From the IMG/VR virus record IMGVR_UViG_3300032232_001029, positions 1-52,417 of that record: DNA of 52,417 nucleotides. One strand, given 5' to 3'. The notes under the pieces are model-generated. The model worked only from the letters and a program-made list of their open reading frames with translations. It was not told the origin of the DNA and ran no database searches. The translations under genes were made by a program, and so were the position numbers. This document shows positions 45,500-52,417 of the stretch, piece by piece (within the stretch, counting starts at the first letter, position 1; each line of letters opens with the position of its first letter). The stretch is from a virus. Its lineage: Duplodnaviria; Caudoviricetes.

Positions 45500-45674
45500 T
45501 GCACAATACTACCAAGAATTGAGAGGAATGTCAAGGACGCAACTGTCCCCCAAATCGGACCAAATTGATAATAAAAACCAAATATGATAACCGGAAATAC
45601 AGAGAGCCCCCAAAATGCAGATATTAATGGGTCTAACATAATCTTTCTTACACTAAGAAAGTTTAGTATTTCAA

Positions 45675-45865
45675 GAGTTTTTCTCCGGATTTTGTCTCTT
45701 GTTTAACGATCAACTCTTTTGGAGCCACCCGTCTAGCCAGCGTTTTATAAATTGATTGCTTCAACGCTCCCGTGGCCTTTGCTCTGCAATCTAGACAATC
45801 CTACTAACGCACTAACCGGCAACTCAAATTATCCTGTCCAGACTTATATGGCCACTACTGGACTG
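45675..45865 (-). ncRNA. Candidate structured ncRNA (6S-like long hairpin)
   Basis: Intergenic; nested pairings GAGTT/AACTC, GGATTGTCT/AGACAAAATCC, GCCAC/GTGGC, AGCGTT/AACGCT around a central bubble. Confidence 0.4.
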
Positions 45866-45905
45866 TAATATATAATACAGCTATTTGTGTGAATAATAAA
45901 GAAAA

Positions 45906-46292
45906 TTATACCCAATACGGAAAACTTTCCCCATTAGGTAGCGGCTCGGTTCTATAATCTATAGTAATTTCTTCGTTCGGATAGAGTAATCTGTTTGCTT
46001 TTAATAAACGATTTTTTAAATCGTACTCACAATTAGGCTGTCTTGAGTGATTAACGTAACCAAATTTTGTTTTCTTTTCTGTTGTTATACATTTTTCATT
46101 ATCTATCATTATATAACAGCTTTTCTTTTTCTTTTCCTCTGAAAGCTCTGAGTATCGACACTCATACCATATTTCCGGAAATAGCGCATAATTTAATACT
46201 ATTTCGCCCATTAGGAATGGTATATCCGCAAATAATCCCATCCCGTGTATCGGGGAGCTTTTAACGTAACAAGCTGGAGCGTTATCTAGCAC
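45906..46292 (-). CDS. SET-domain protein (lysine methyltransferase-like)
   Basis: SPIHGMGLFA, YVNHSRQPN and EEITIDY motifs. Confidence 0.88.
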   Translation of the reverse strand: MLDNAPACYVKSSPIHGMGLFADIPFLMGEIVLNYALFPEIWYECRYSELSEEKKKKSCYIMIDNEKCITTEKKTKFGYVNHSRQPNCEYDLKNRLLKANRLLYPNEEITIDYRTEPLPNGESFPYWV

Positions 46293-46300
46293 ATAAGCTA

Positions 46301-46630
46301 TTACACGCTAATCTGTTTGATTTCTTCTAATAGTGATTCAAAATTATTGAGTCCATAAATTCTTTTTTGTTCCTCACCGCTCTTAAAAAATGTAAATGCT
46401 GGAATAGAGTTAATCTCGATTCTCTGTGAGAATATTGGACAGTCCTCTATATTTGCCTTTGCGATAATTATACCATCTGGCGCGGCAAGCGATATTTTGT
46501 CATAAATATCTTTCATCATTTTACATGGGCCGCACCATTCGGCCCAAAAATATATTACTATACTTGTGTTACCTAAAATTGCTTTTTCTAGGCTCTGATC
46601 GTTTAAATGAATTACTTTTGAAAGTGACAT
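46301..46630 (-). CDS. trxA: Thioredoxin
   Basis: FWAEWCGPCK, SIP. Confidence 0.92.
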   Translation of the reverse strand: MSLSKVIHLNDQSLEKAILGNTSIVIYFWAEWCGPCKMMKDIYDKISLAAPDGIIIAKANIEDCPIFSQRIEINSIPAFTFFKSGEEQKRIYGLNNFESLLEEIKQISV

Positions 46631-46670
46631 GATTATGATCTGATATCTTGATTAGAAAATCTAATTAAAT

Positions 46671-46747
46671 TGGTGAAAATGATAGGACTTGAACCTATAA
46701 CCTTTTCGCCCGTAGCGAAATGCTCTATCGAATTGAGCTACATTTGC
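46671..46747 (-). tRNA. tRNA-Arg (ACG)
   Basis: TTTCG-CTACGGG-CGAAA anticodon arm, TTCAAGT T-loop, CCA; one acceptor mismatch. Confidence 0.85.
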
Positions 46748-46752
46748 GAAAG

Positions 46753-46826
46753 TGGAGGGCCATATCGGTACTGCCCCGATTTATCTAGTTTGGAAGACTA
46801 GCGCATTACTTTTATGTTAATGGCCC
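46753..46826 (-). tRNA. tRNA-Gly (TCC), non-canonical T-loop
   Basis: GGGCCAT/ATGGCCC acceptor; CTAGT-CTTCCAA-ACTAG; T-loop GGCAGTA; CCA. Confidence 0.85.
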
Positions 46827-46831
46827 ATAAT

Positions 46832-46907
46832 TGGTACGGCTGACGGGTGCTGCCCCCGCTATCCTCGCAGTGAAAGTGCGATGAGTCTGCTGTTTCTCTT
46901 CAGCCGC
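46832..46907 (-). tRNA. tRNA-Glu (TTC), non-canonical T-loop
   Basis: GCGGCTG/CAGCCGT acceptor; TCGCA-CTTTCAC-TGCGA; T-loop GGCAGCA; CCA. Confidence 0.82.
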
Positions 46908-47727
46908 ATTGAGTTTTATACCATTCAGCTATACATTCATAGTACAGATTACTGGGAAACTTGTCAAAATTTATATTTGGGTAAACTTTTTTATTAAACA
47001 CTGTATCAACTGAATAATGACATATGTAGTGATTGTTATTAATTTCGTTCATAGGGGGTATATAACATGTATCCTTACTTATCATTAATACTTTATTTTT
47101 TTCGCAAGCTACCTGTAAGGCAAACATTCCGGCCCACCATTTCTTTTCGTTGGAATGTGCTAAGGTTAAAATATGTTTGTGAACTTCTATCCACTCGTGT
47201 AGTATTTTTTTAAAGGTTTTTACTTTCCCTATGATGGGAACAAATCCTCCATTGTAATATCTACCGTTGTTTTCGAAATATATATCTATAAGGTATTTAT
47301 TCTGAGTTAAACTTTTTAAATGCCAATTTTCATATAGGTCACATACATATATTTCGTCATCATTAATGATTATTTCTGGATGCGGTCGCATATGGAACAT
47401 GTCGCAATCCAAAACCTCAATCACTTGATCGTCATTTAGTTCGTTTATAATTTGAAACAGCCCATACTGTATATTTAATGGCTGGTAGTATACGTTGTCC
47501 TGATCTACATGTATATAACTATGGTAGGATTCACATAATTTATGTGGTATAGTTGTATTAAAAATAATAGCGTTTTGTGCAATCTCTTCCTTGTTGTTTT
47601 TGTTGATAATTACTGCGAATGCTTTTTTATAAGCATCTTCACCATAAATTTTTTTATGATTAAACCAAAATAATTCTAACTGCATTTTAAAATCAGTAAT
47701 ATTAACTGCAACTGGAACGGAGATCAT
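46900..47727 (-). CDS. GT-A glycosyltransferase-like protein
   Basis: VLDCDM (DxD), YQPLN, WWAGMFAL..A and ICHY segments. Confidence 0.6.
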   Translation of the reverse strand: MISVPVAVNITDFKMQLELFWFNHKKIYGEDAYKKAFAVIINKNNKEEIAQNAIIFNTTIPHKLCESYHSYIHVDQDNVYYQPLNIQYGLFQIINELNDDQVIEVLDCDMFHMRPHPEIIINDDEIYVCDLYENWHLKSLTQNKYLIDIYFENNGRYYNGGFVPIIGKVKTFKKILHEWIEVHKHILTLAHSNEKKWWAGMFALQVACEKNKVLMISKDTCYIPPMNEINNNHYICHYSVDTVFNKKVYPNINFDKFPSNLYYECIAEWYKTQCG

Positions 47728-47745
47728 GTAGATAATTACACAAAA

Positions 47746-47818
47746 TAGGACTAGTAGGGATCGAACCTACGACCTAGAAATTAACAGTTTCCCGCTACTA
47801 CCGCTGAGCTACTTGACA
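47746..47818 (-). tRNA. tRNA-Asn (GTT), degenerate acceptor stem (possible pseudo-tRNA)
   Basis: Good D, anticodon (GAAA-CTGTTAA-TTTC) and T arms; TGTCAAG does not pair with the 3' strand. Confidence 0.65.
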
Positions 47819-47824
47819 TAAAGC

Positions 47825-47905
47825 AGCCTGAGGTGAGATTCGAACTCACGAAGCTTGCGCGTTAGTTTACAAAACTAATCCAATTGGCCACTATGGGACT
47901 CAGGC
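47825..47905 (-). tRNA. tRNA-Thr (TGT) with extended variable arm
   Basis: GCCTGAG/CTCAGGC acceptor; TTAGT-TTTGTAA-ACTAA; extra GC-GCAA-GC arm; TTCGAAT. Confidence 0.78.
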
Positions 47906-47987
47906 ATAAAAATTGTGCAGAATTTATTTTTATACTCATTAGCCTTTATCTGCTTTTGCTCTTCAGTTGGGTGCGATCCAACATGCT

Positions 47988-48438
47988 TGGTGGAGGCGAG
48001 GGAGAACTGCCCTCCCTGTCCTTAATATTGGTATTTAAATATTCATTCACATGCTTAAATAACTTCGTACTTTCGTTGACTAAAGGTAACAAGGTGTTAT
48101 TATCCTATCTATGTTTAGAGTCCTACCTGTATGTGTGAATAAGGACCACATACCACCCTCTACATTTATTTTACGAGTGTCGTAGATACCACTCTAACCT
48201 ATTTTATTTTCCAAAAGATTTAATAGGGTGGTCTTTTGGTTCCTTAGGCGGCTAGTAGTTCAGCCTCTTCAACGATGAACTGGTCAGCGTTGTTGAAGAT
48301 GTACTCTGCTTCCGCTAGGATAGCGTCGGTATTATCGTCTGCTTTTATTTTTTTTGAATGGCTTTTATAGTGGCCAACCATTCAACCACTACATGCATAT
48401 TTAAATTTCAACGATTAAGTCGAATCTATTACGCCCCC
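47988..48438 (-). ncRNA. ssrA: tmRNA
   Basis: 5' GGGGGCGTAATAGATTCGAC; 3' ...CGCCTCCACCA with G3:U pair; internal tag ORF 48342-48244 ending LLAA-stop. Confidence 0.92.
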
Positions 48439-48564
48439 AAAAATTAGATTATACTATCAAAGATCATTAAAGGACACTTAGATCCAGTATAAGTCTATTA
48501 CACATGGTAATTAACCTACTCTCTTATAATAATACAATTTTCTTGGTCTGTCAAATTATATTTT

Positions 48565-48804
48565 CTAGGAACGATTGAGATAGCAGTCCTTGCATAGCTT
48601 GACTGGAACTTTCTTACTCTCTATTTTTTGCATATATGGACATATTGTTTCTTCTACGTCTTCTTTTTGTTTTTTGCAGTCGTCGCATTTTAAATACTTT
48701 TTATGATTCCATTTAATAGAATCGTAATTTTCATCCCATTTTTTCTTGCTCATGGGTCTTAATGCGTCGCCTTTACCTGCTCCTGTGGATTTATTTTCAC
48801 TCAT
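48565..48804 (-). CDS. Hypothetical Cys-rich protein
   Basis: GAGKGD..RP N-terminus; CDDC, CPY, CKDC. Confidence 0.65.
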   Translation of the reverse strand: MSENKSTGAGKGDALRPMSKKKWDENYDSIKWNHKKYLKCDDCKKQKEDVEETICPYMQKIESKKVPVKLCKDCYLNRS

Positions 48805-48834
48805 AAATTATTTTTTGTGTTTGATTAATAGTAA

Positions 48835-49089
48835 TTATTGTGGAAGTCTTTGTTCGCTAATTACATATATCATCTTATCTTCTGTATTGTAAGCCATTGC
48901 ACTATAAGATTCTTTTGGATCTGCTTTAAAGTCACAGAATTGAATGATAGCCTTTTCAACACCTGCATTGTGTCTTTCTAGGTATTCAAGATGTGCTTTG
49001 CTTCTTTTCTTTTCTCCTATATAGATCTTGCACCCTTCAAGGATTTTGATTACTTCTTCGTTGGTCCAGTTCGTGCGTTTTAAATTCAT
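48835..49089 (-). CDS. Hypothetical protein
   Basis: ORF track. Confidence 0.6.
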   Translation of the reverse strand: MNLKRTNWTNEEVIKILEGCKIYIGEKKRSKAHLEYLERHNAGVEKAIIQFCDFKADPKESYSAMAYNTEDKMIYVISEQRLPQ

Positions 49090-49090
49090 T

Positions 49091-49570
49091 TTAAATTGGT
49101 TCTAATTCAGATATGGCAAGATTGTAGCAAGAAGACTTGAAAGTCCATCCTAGGGGGCTCTTGGTATCTTTATCGCCCTTCATACAAAAGCGTGACTGTT
49201 GGTAATATTCCTTACGACCCTTTTTCCCTAGTATCCATGCCTTGGAGAGGTCTTCCATCACGCGAACAAAGACGTAGTAATCGCACTGCTGAGACGTATT
49301 CGATTCGGAAACGGAACAGTCGTAATCAAGTCTTGGTTTACTAGTACAGCGTTTTGTTTTTACTTCGAACTTTACGCCGTCTTTAATTAGGTCAAATTGA
49401 AAATCATCTATATCTTGTGCGTTTAGGTGTTCGGCAACAAGCGCTTGACCTATGTACCCAACCACATTACCCTGTCCACTGGTAATACTATTTACCAGAC
49501 TGCCTAGCTTTCGAGCCCTATTGAAAGCATTGCTTATTATTGATTGGGGGATATTAACAATCTCAATCAT
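49091..49570 (-). CDS. PD-(D/E)XK nuclease-like protein
   Basis: FDL...FEVKTK, CDYYVFV. Confidence 0.65.
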   Translation of the reverse strand: MIEIVNIPQSIISNAFNRARKLGSLVNSITSGQGNVVGYIGQALVAEHLNAQDIDDFQFDLIKDGVKFEVKTKRCTSKPRLDYDCSVSESNTSQQCDYYVFVRVMEDLSKAWILGKKGRKEYYQQSRFCMKGDKDTKSPLGWTFKSSCYNLAISELEPI

Positions 49571-49810
49571 GCCGTTTTAGAATTCTTGAAATTCTGGACA
49601 TTTTGGTAACTCTATTTTGAGTCCATTTGGTTTCCCGAATATATTCATTACACATTGCTCTACGGACAGTCATTTATTTTTACAATTTATTCATTAACTG
49701 TTTTTAATCCTGTTCCCATGCCGAATTCCGACGAATGTGATTTGGTACGCATATTATTATTATATATTCTTTTTTATTTTATTTATAGTATTATTGTAAT
49801 AATTAATTAA

Positions 49811-50236
49811 TTATTTGATGTGCAAGCGATCAAATAGGTCGGCTGTAGAGTTCTTTCCGTGCTGCCCGGCGTCAACCAGTAAGCCGCGAATGCCCTTTAA
49901 TTGGGCTAGTACGAGCGTCTCCACAAAATCATCAATGTGAAGTTCAGAATTTAATTCTAAGAGTTTTGGTGTTTTGTCTTTACCGGAAGTACAATGAACA
50001 TCCTTAATTGGTAGCTCGTGTAATTTAACAAAGTCTACAACCTCCTGACGATGCTCTTCGGTTCTGAACGTAACAATATGGAGTTCATATCCTTCCAAGT
50101 GCTTCTGCTTCACAAAATCAAACACTTCTGGGATAGGTGATATGGTTCCTGCGCCCATATGCACCCATCCGCTCCAGCATGTATCGGTCTTGGCGAGCGT
50201 CTCGTCAAAATCCACTGTTATACATTTCTTGCTCAT
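49811..50236 (-). CDS. HAD-superfamily phosphatase-like protein
   Basis: ITVDFDETL, LHIDD. Confidence 0.78.
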   Translation of the reverse strand: MSKKCITVDFDETLAKTDTCWSGWVHMGAGTISPIPEVFDFVKQKHLEGYELHIVTFRTEEHRQEVVDFVKLHELPIKDVHCTSGKDKTPKLLELNSELHIDDFVETLVLAQLKGIRGLLVDAGQHGKNSTADLFDRLHIK

Positions 50237-50817
50237 ACTGAAATGGTGTAAGAATTTTTATGAAATGGAAAGCTGATAATTTTCTTTATACGCTCGATTT
50301 CTTTATTAAAGTTCTCGGGATCTTTTCCGCCGCTGTAATTACGGCTTTGCACGTATCTATCTTCGGTAATGCCTAAATATTGTATTTTAACTTTTGCCAA
50401 ATAATCGCTAGGAGATTTATCGTCAACAAGAATGGCGCCCGGTGCTATACCAATGACATTTGGACGAAGGCTCTTCTTGGTTGGTCGGCTTAAAGAATCG
50501 CATTTTTCTTCGGTAATATGCGAGAAATCATCGCGCGCAATAATATTCTCATCACTAAAGCCCAAGCCGAAAACTTCATTATGTTTTAGTGCATAATCTC
50601 TTGCTGCATGGGTTAGCATTTTTGTTGGCGCAATATTGCGACAGAATGCCAAAAACTCTAAGGCTTTGGGTCGCAACATACTCCAATAGGCCTCCGCCTT
50701 ACCATTATCGCTATCAGGTAATTCAATTTTAGTTCGGCGCTTGTTGGGATTTTTGCCCCAAGCGGCATGAATAAGAGTATTATCTAAATCAATATAAAAT
50801 TCTAATTTATTGTGCAT
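50233..50817 (-). CDS. HAD/NIF (FCP1-like) phosphatase
   Basis: IDLDNTLIH, LRP...EFL, ILVDD. Confidence 0.75.
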   Translation of the reverse strand: MHNKLEFYIDLDNTLIHAAWGKNPNKRRTKIELPDSDNGKAEAYWSMLRPKALEFLAFCRNIAPTKMLTHAARDYALKHNEVFGLGFSDENIIARDDFSHITEEKCDSLSRPTKKSLRPNVIGIAPGAILVDDKSPSDYLAKVKIQYLGITEDRYVQSRNYSGGKDPENFNKEIERIKKIISFPFHKNSYTISV

Positions 50818-51076
50818 CTATTTGTTCCTCTTTTTCTCGTATCTCCCTATCGCATGCCCTTAGACTTTCCGCCCAGCTTCTTGCGACCTCGGCTTCTTGG
50901 TTTTCCGGATCGAAGAATTCTAATTTTCTAGCGTGTTTTTCACAAGCATCCGCCCATTCTAGTACAAAATTAGGATTTTTTAGGGCGCGAAGATATGTTT
51001 GAAAATACCTAAAGCCGGTAATAATGCCTAATTGTTGTACGGATAGTATTAGTAGTTTAATGTGTCTTATTATCAT
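50807..51076 (-). CDS. Hypothetical protein
   Basis: ORF track. Confidence 0.6.
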   Translation of the reverse strand: MIIRHIKLLILSVQQLGIITGFRYFQTYLRALKNPNFVLEWADACEKHARKLEFFDPENQEAEVARSWAESLRACDREIREKEEQIDAQ

Positions 51077-51099
51077 GGTTTCTTTGTTTAGAGTTACTA

Positions 51100-51639
51100 T
51101 TACGTTACCGAGATTTCTGTTATGTCTATTGGGGTATAATTGATATGCTCACAAGAGACACAGAAGTATCTTTGATCTATTTCTCGCATCATTCCAATAG
51201 AAGACCATTCCTCTTTCTTAACTCTCTTATCATGAATATGACCATGAACATTAACCTTATGAGCCTTACCAAAAGTATTGGGATGTATGGGGATATGACT
51301 CATTAAGATGCCATTCTCTAAACGATGGGTTGCACGAATATCTTTGAAATACTTTATATATTCGGATGTAGGATATATGTCATGGTTGCCAGCAATTAGA
51401 ATTTTACGAGAACCATTTAATCTTCCAATCTTTGGAATATCGCTTTTCTTTTGTGCAATATCACCAAGAACGTAGACACGAGCATCTTTCGGAACCACTT
51501 TATTCCAGTTTGCTATAATAGTCTCATCATGCTCTTCGATGGTAGAGAATGGCCGCAAAGGATGTCCATCTGCTTTTACTAATTTACACATATCTTCATC
51601 CCCCATGTGCAAATCTGCAATTACGAAAGTAGGTCTCAT
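51100..51639 (-). CDS. Calcineurin-like metallophosphoesterase
   Basis: ADLH, VLGD, GNHD, SHIP and HGHIH motifs. Confidence 0.9.
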   Translation of the reverse strand: MRPTFVIADLHMGDEDMCKLVKADGHPLRPFSTIEEHDETIIANWNKVVPKDARVYVLGDIAQKKSDIPKIGRLNGSRKILIAGNHDIYPTSEYIKYFKDIRATHRLENGILMSHIPIHPNTFGKAHKVNVHGHIHDKRVKKEEWSSIGMMREIDQRYFCVSCEHINYTPIDITEISVT

Positions 51640-51678
51640 ATTTAATATATTATATGATTATGATTTACTTGTCAAGGG

Positions 51679-52017
51679 CTACATTTTTCCCCATCTTTTT
51701 TCCCAATCACCTTTGGCACTATATTCTTGAACAGTTTCCCACAAAGAATCAATTGTGTGGCAGATCTCTACTTTCTTTCTACCAACTTTCTTGTGTGCTT
51801 TAAGAATCTTACCATTCATACCTTCTCTCTCGTAAAGATACCAATCTATCCACCCAAGTTGATCTGGATTAAATGCTGCTCTAAAAAGTTCATCAATAAC
51901 ATGTTCATAGTTCTCTTCGTAGTTCATGAGATCTACTCCAAGTTTATACAATTCATGAGATCTCTTACGAGCCACTTGAAGTTTCAGAATAATTTTTTCA
52001 AACGATTGTTTTGTCAT
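51679..52017 (-). CDS. Hypothetical protein
   Basis: WIDWYLYE motif. Confidence 0.7.
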   Translation of the reverse strand: MTKQSFEKIILKLQVARKRSHELYKLGVDLMNYEENYEHVIDELFRAAFNPDQLGWIDWYLYEREGMNGKILKAHKKVGRKKVEICHTIDSLWETVQEYSAKGDWEKRWGKM

Positions 52018-52153
52018 ATTTTTTAAAAGTAATGACTAGGAAATACTTTGGTGGTATTTCGGACAGGCTACACGTTCATCGTATACTATGCTTCGCTATC
52101 ACCTGTTGCGGAAGTTCTTTAGCTTATAAGAACTCGCACCCTAGTCAAATTGT

Positions 52154-52390
52154 TTATCCTATCATATTAACAGTATCTCTATATGCGGTCAAGGCATTAA
52201 TAATAGCATCAAGTTCATGATTCTCAAAAGCCATAAAAGTTTTTGGTCTACGATCAGCATCAAAATGACTAGGGCAAATATCAGTAGTCATCATCTCAGT
52301 GTATTCATAGTTATCTGGTGATTGTCTAAATGTAACATAGAAATCATCTAGTTTTACATTAACCTGTACTGATGTGTTTTTATATTTCAT
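52154..52390 (-). CDS. Hypothetical protein
   Basis: ORF track. Confidence 0.55.
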   Translation of the reverse strand: MKYKNTSVQVNVKLDDFYVTFRQSPDNYEYTEMMTTDICPSHFDADRRPKTFMAFENHELDAIINALTAYRDTVNMIG

Positions 52391-52417
52391 AATCTTATTC
52401 TATATGCTTTAGGAGGA

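Noticed and set aside
47825-47905. tRNA-Tyr (GTA)
   Set aside because: Only the register with TGT centred in a 7-nt loop gives a paired anticodon stem, and the GCC start fits Thr
47884-48138. Track ORF on the plus strand
   Set aside because: Antisense to tRNA-Thr and the tmRNA
1-52417. Stop-codon reassignment as in some large phages
   Set aside because: Core genes are full length in the standard code, TAG and TGA end plausible ORFs, and no suppressor tRNA was seen

Overview
This 52.4-kb window comes from a large tailed dsDNA bacteriophage that uses the standard genetic code. It has three blocks. (1) 1-12.5 kb, mostly minus strand: a repeat-rich virion/fibre protein, portal, large terminase, ERCC4 nuclease, a sigma-like factor, PhoH, a metallophosphoesterase, Hsp20 and an LRR protein. 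(2) About 12.6-34.6 kb, almost all plus strand: an early/accessory region of short gene cassettes plus Gp88-like, DUF932, rIIA/rIIB, an HhH glycosylase and tRNAs. (3) 34.8-52.4 kb, mostly minus strand: RuvB, UvsE, HNH nucleases, a double 2OG-Fe(II) oxygenase, a SET protein, thioredoxin, a glycosyltransferase-like protein, phosphatases, tRNAs and a tmRNA. The most striking unexplained structure is a 15-copy composite DNA element: a 27-bp GTAAGT-N15-ACTTAC palindrome, 4 nt, then a CCGGGC-CCC-GCCCGG core. It delimits the cassettes of block 2, flips orientation at about 26.1 kb next to iteron-like repeats and a candidate structured ncRNA, and closes the block at 34.6 kb. Other notable points are sigma70-type promoters placed 6 nt before the ATG (leaderless mRNAs), a GTGTAAT candidate late promoter, two ArfA-like peptides, a tmRNA with a 32-aa tag, atypical tRNAs and a possible P4H/glycosyltransferase/SET modification kit. 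All protein calls rest on motif recognition by eye; no database searches were run.
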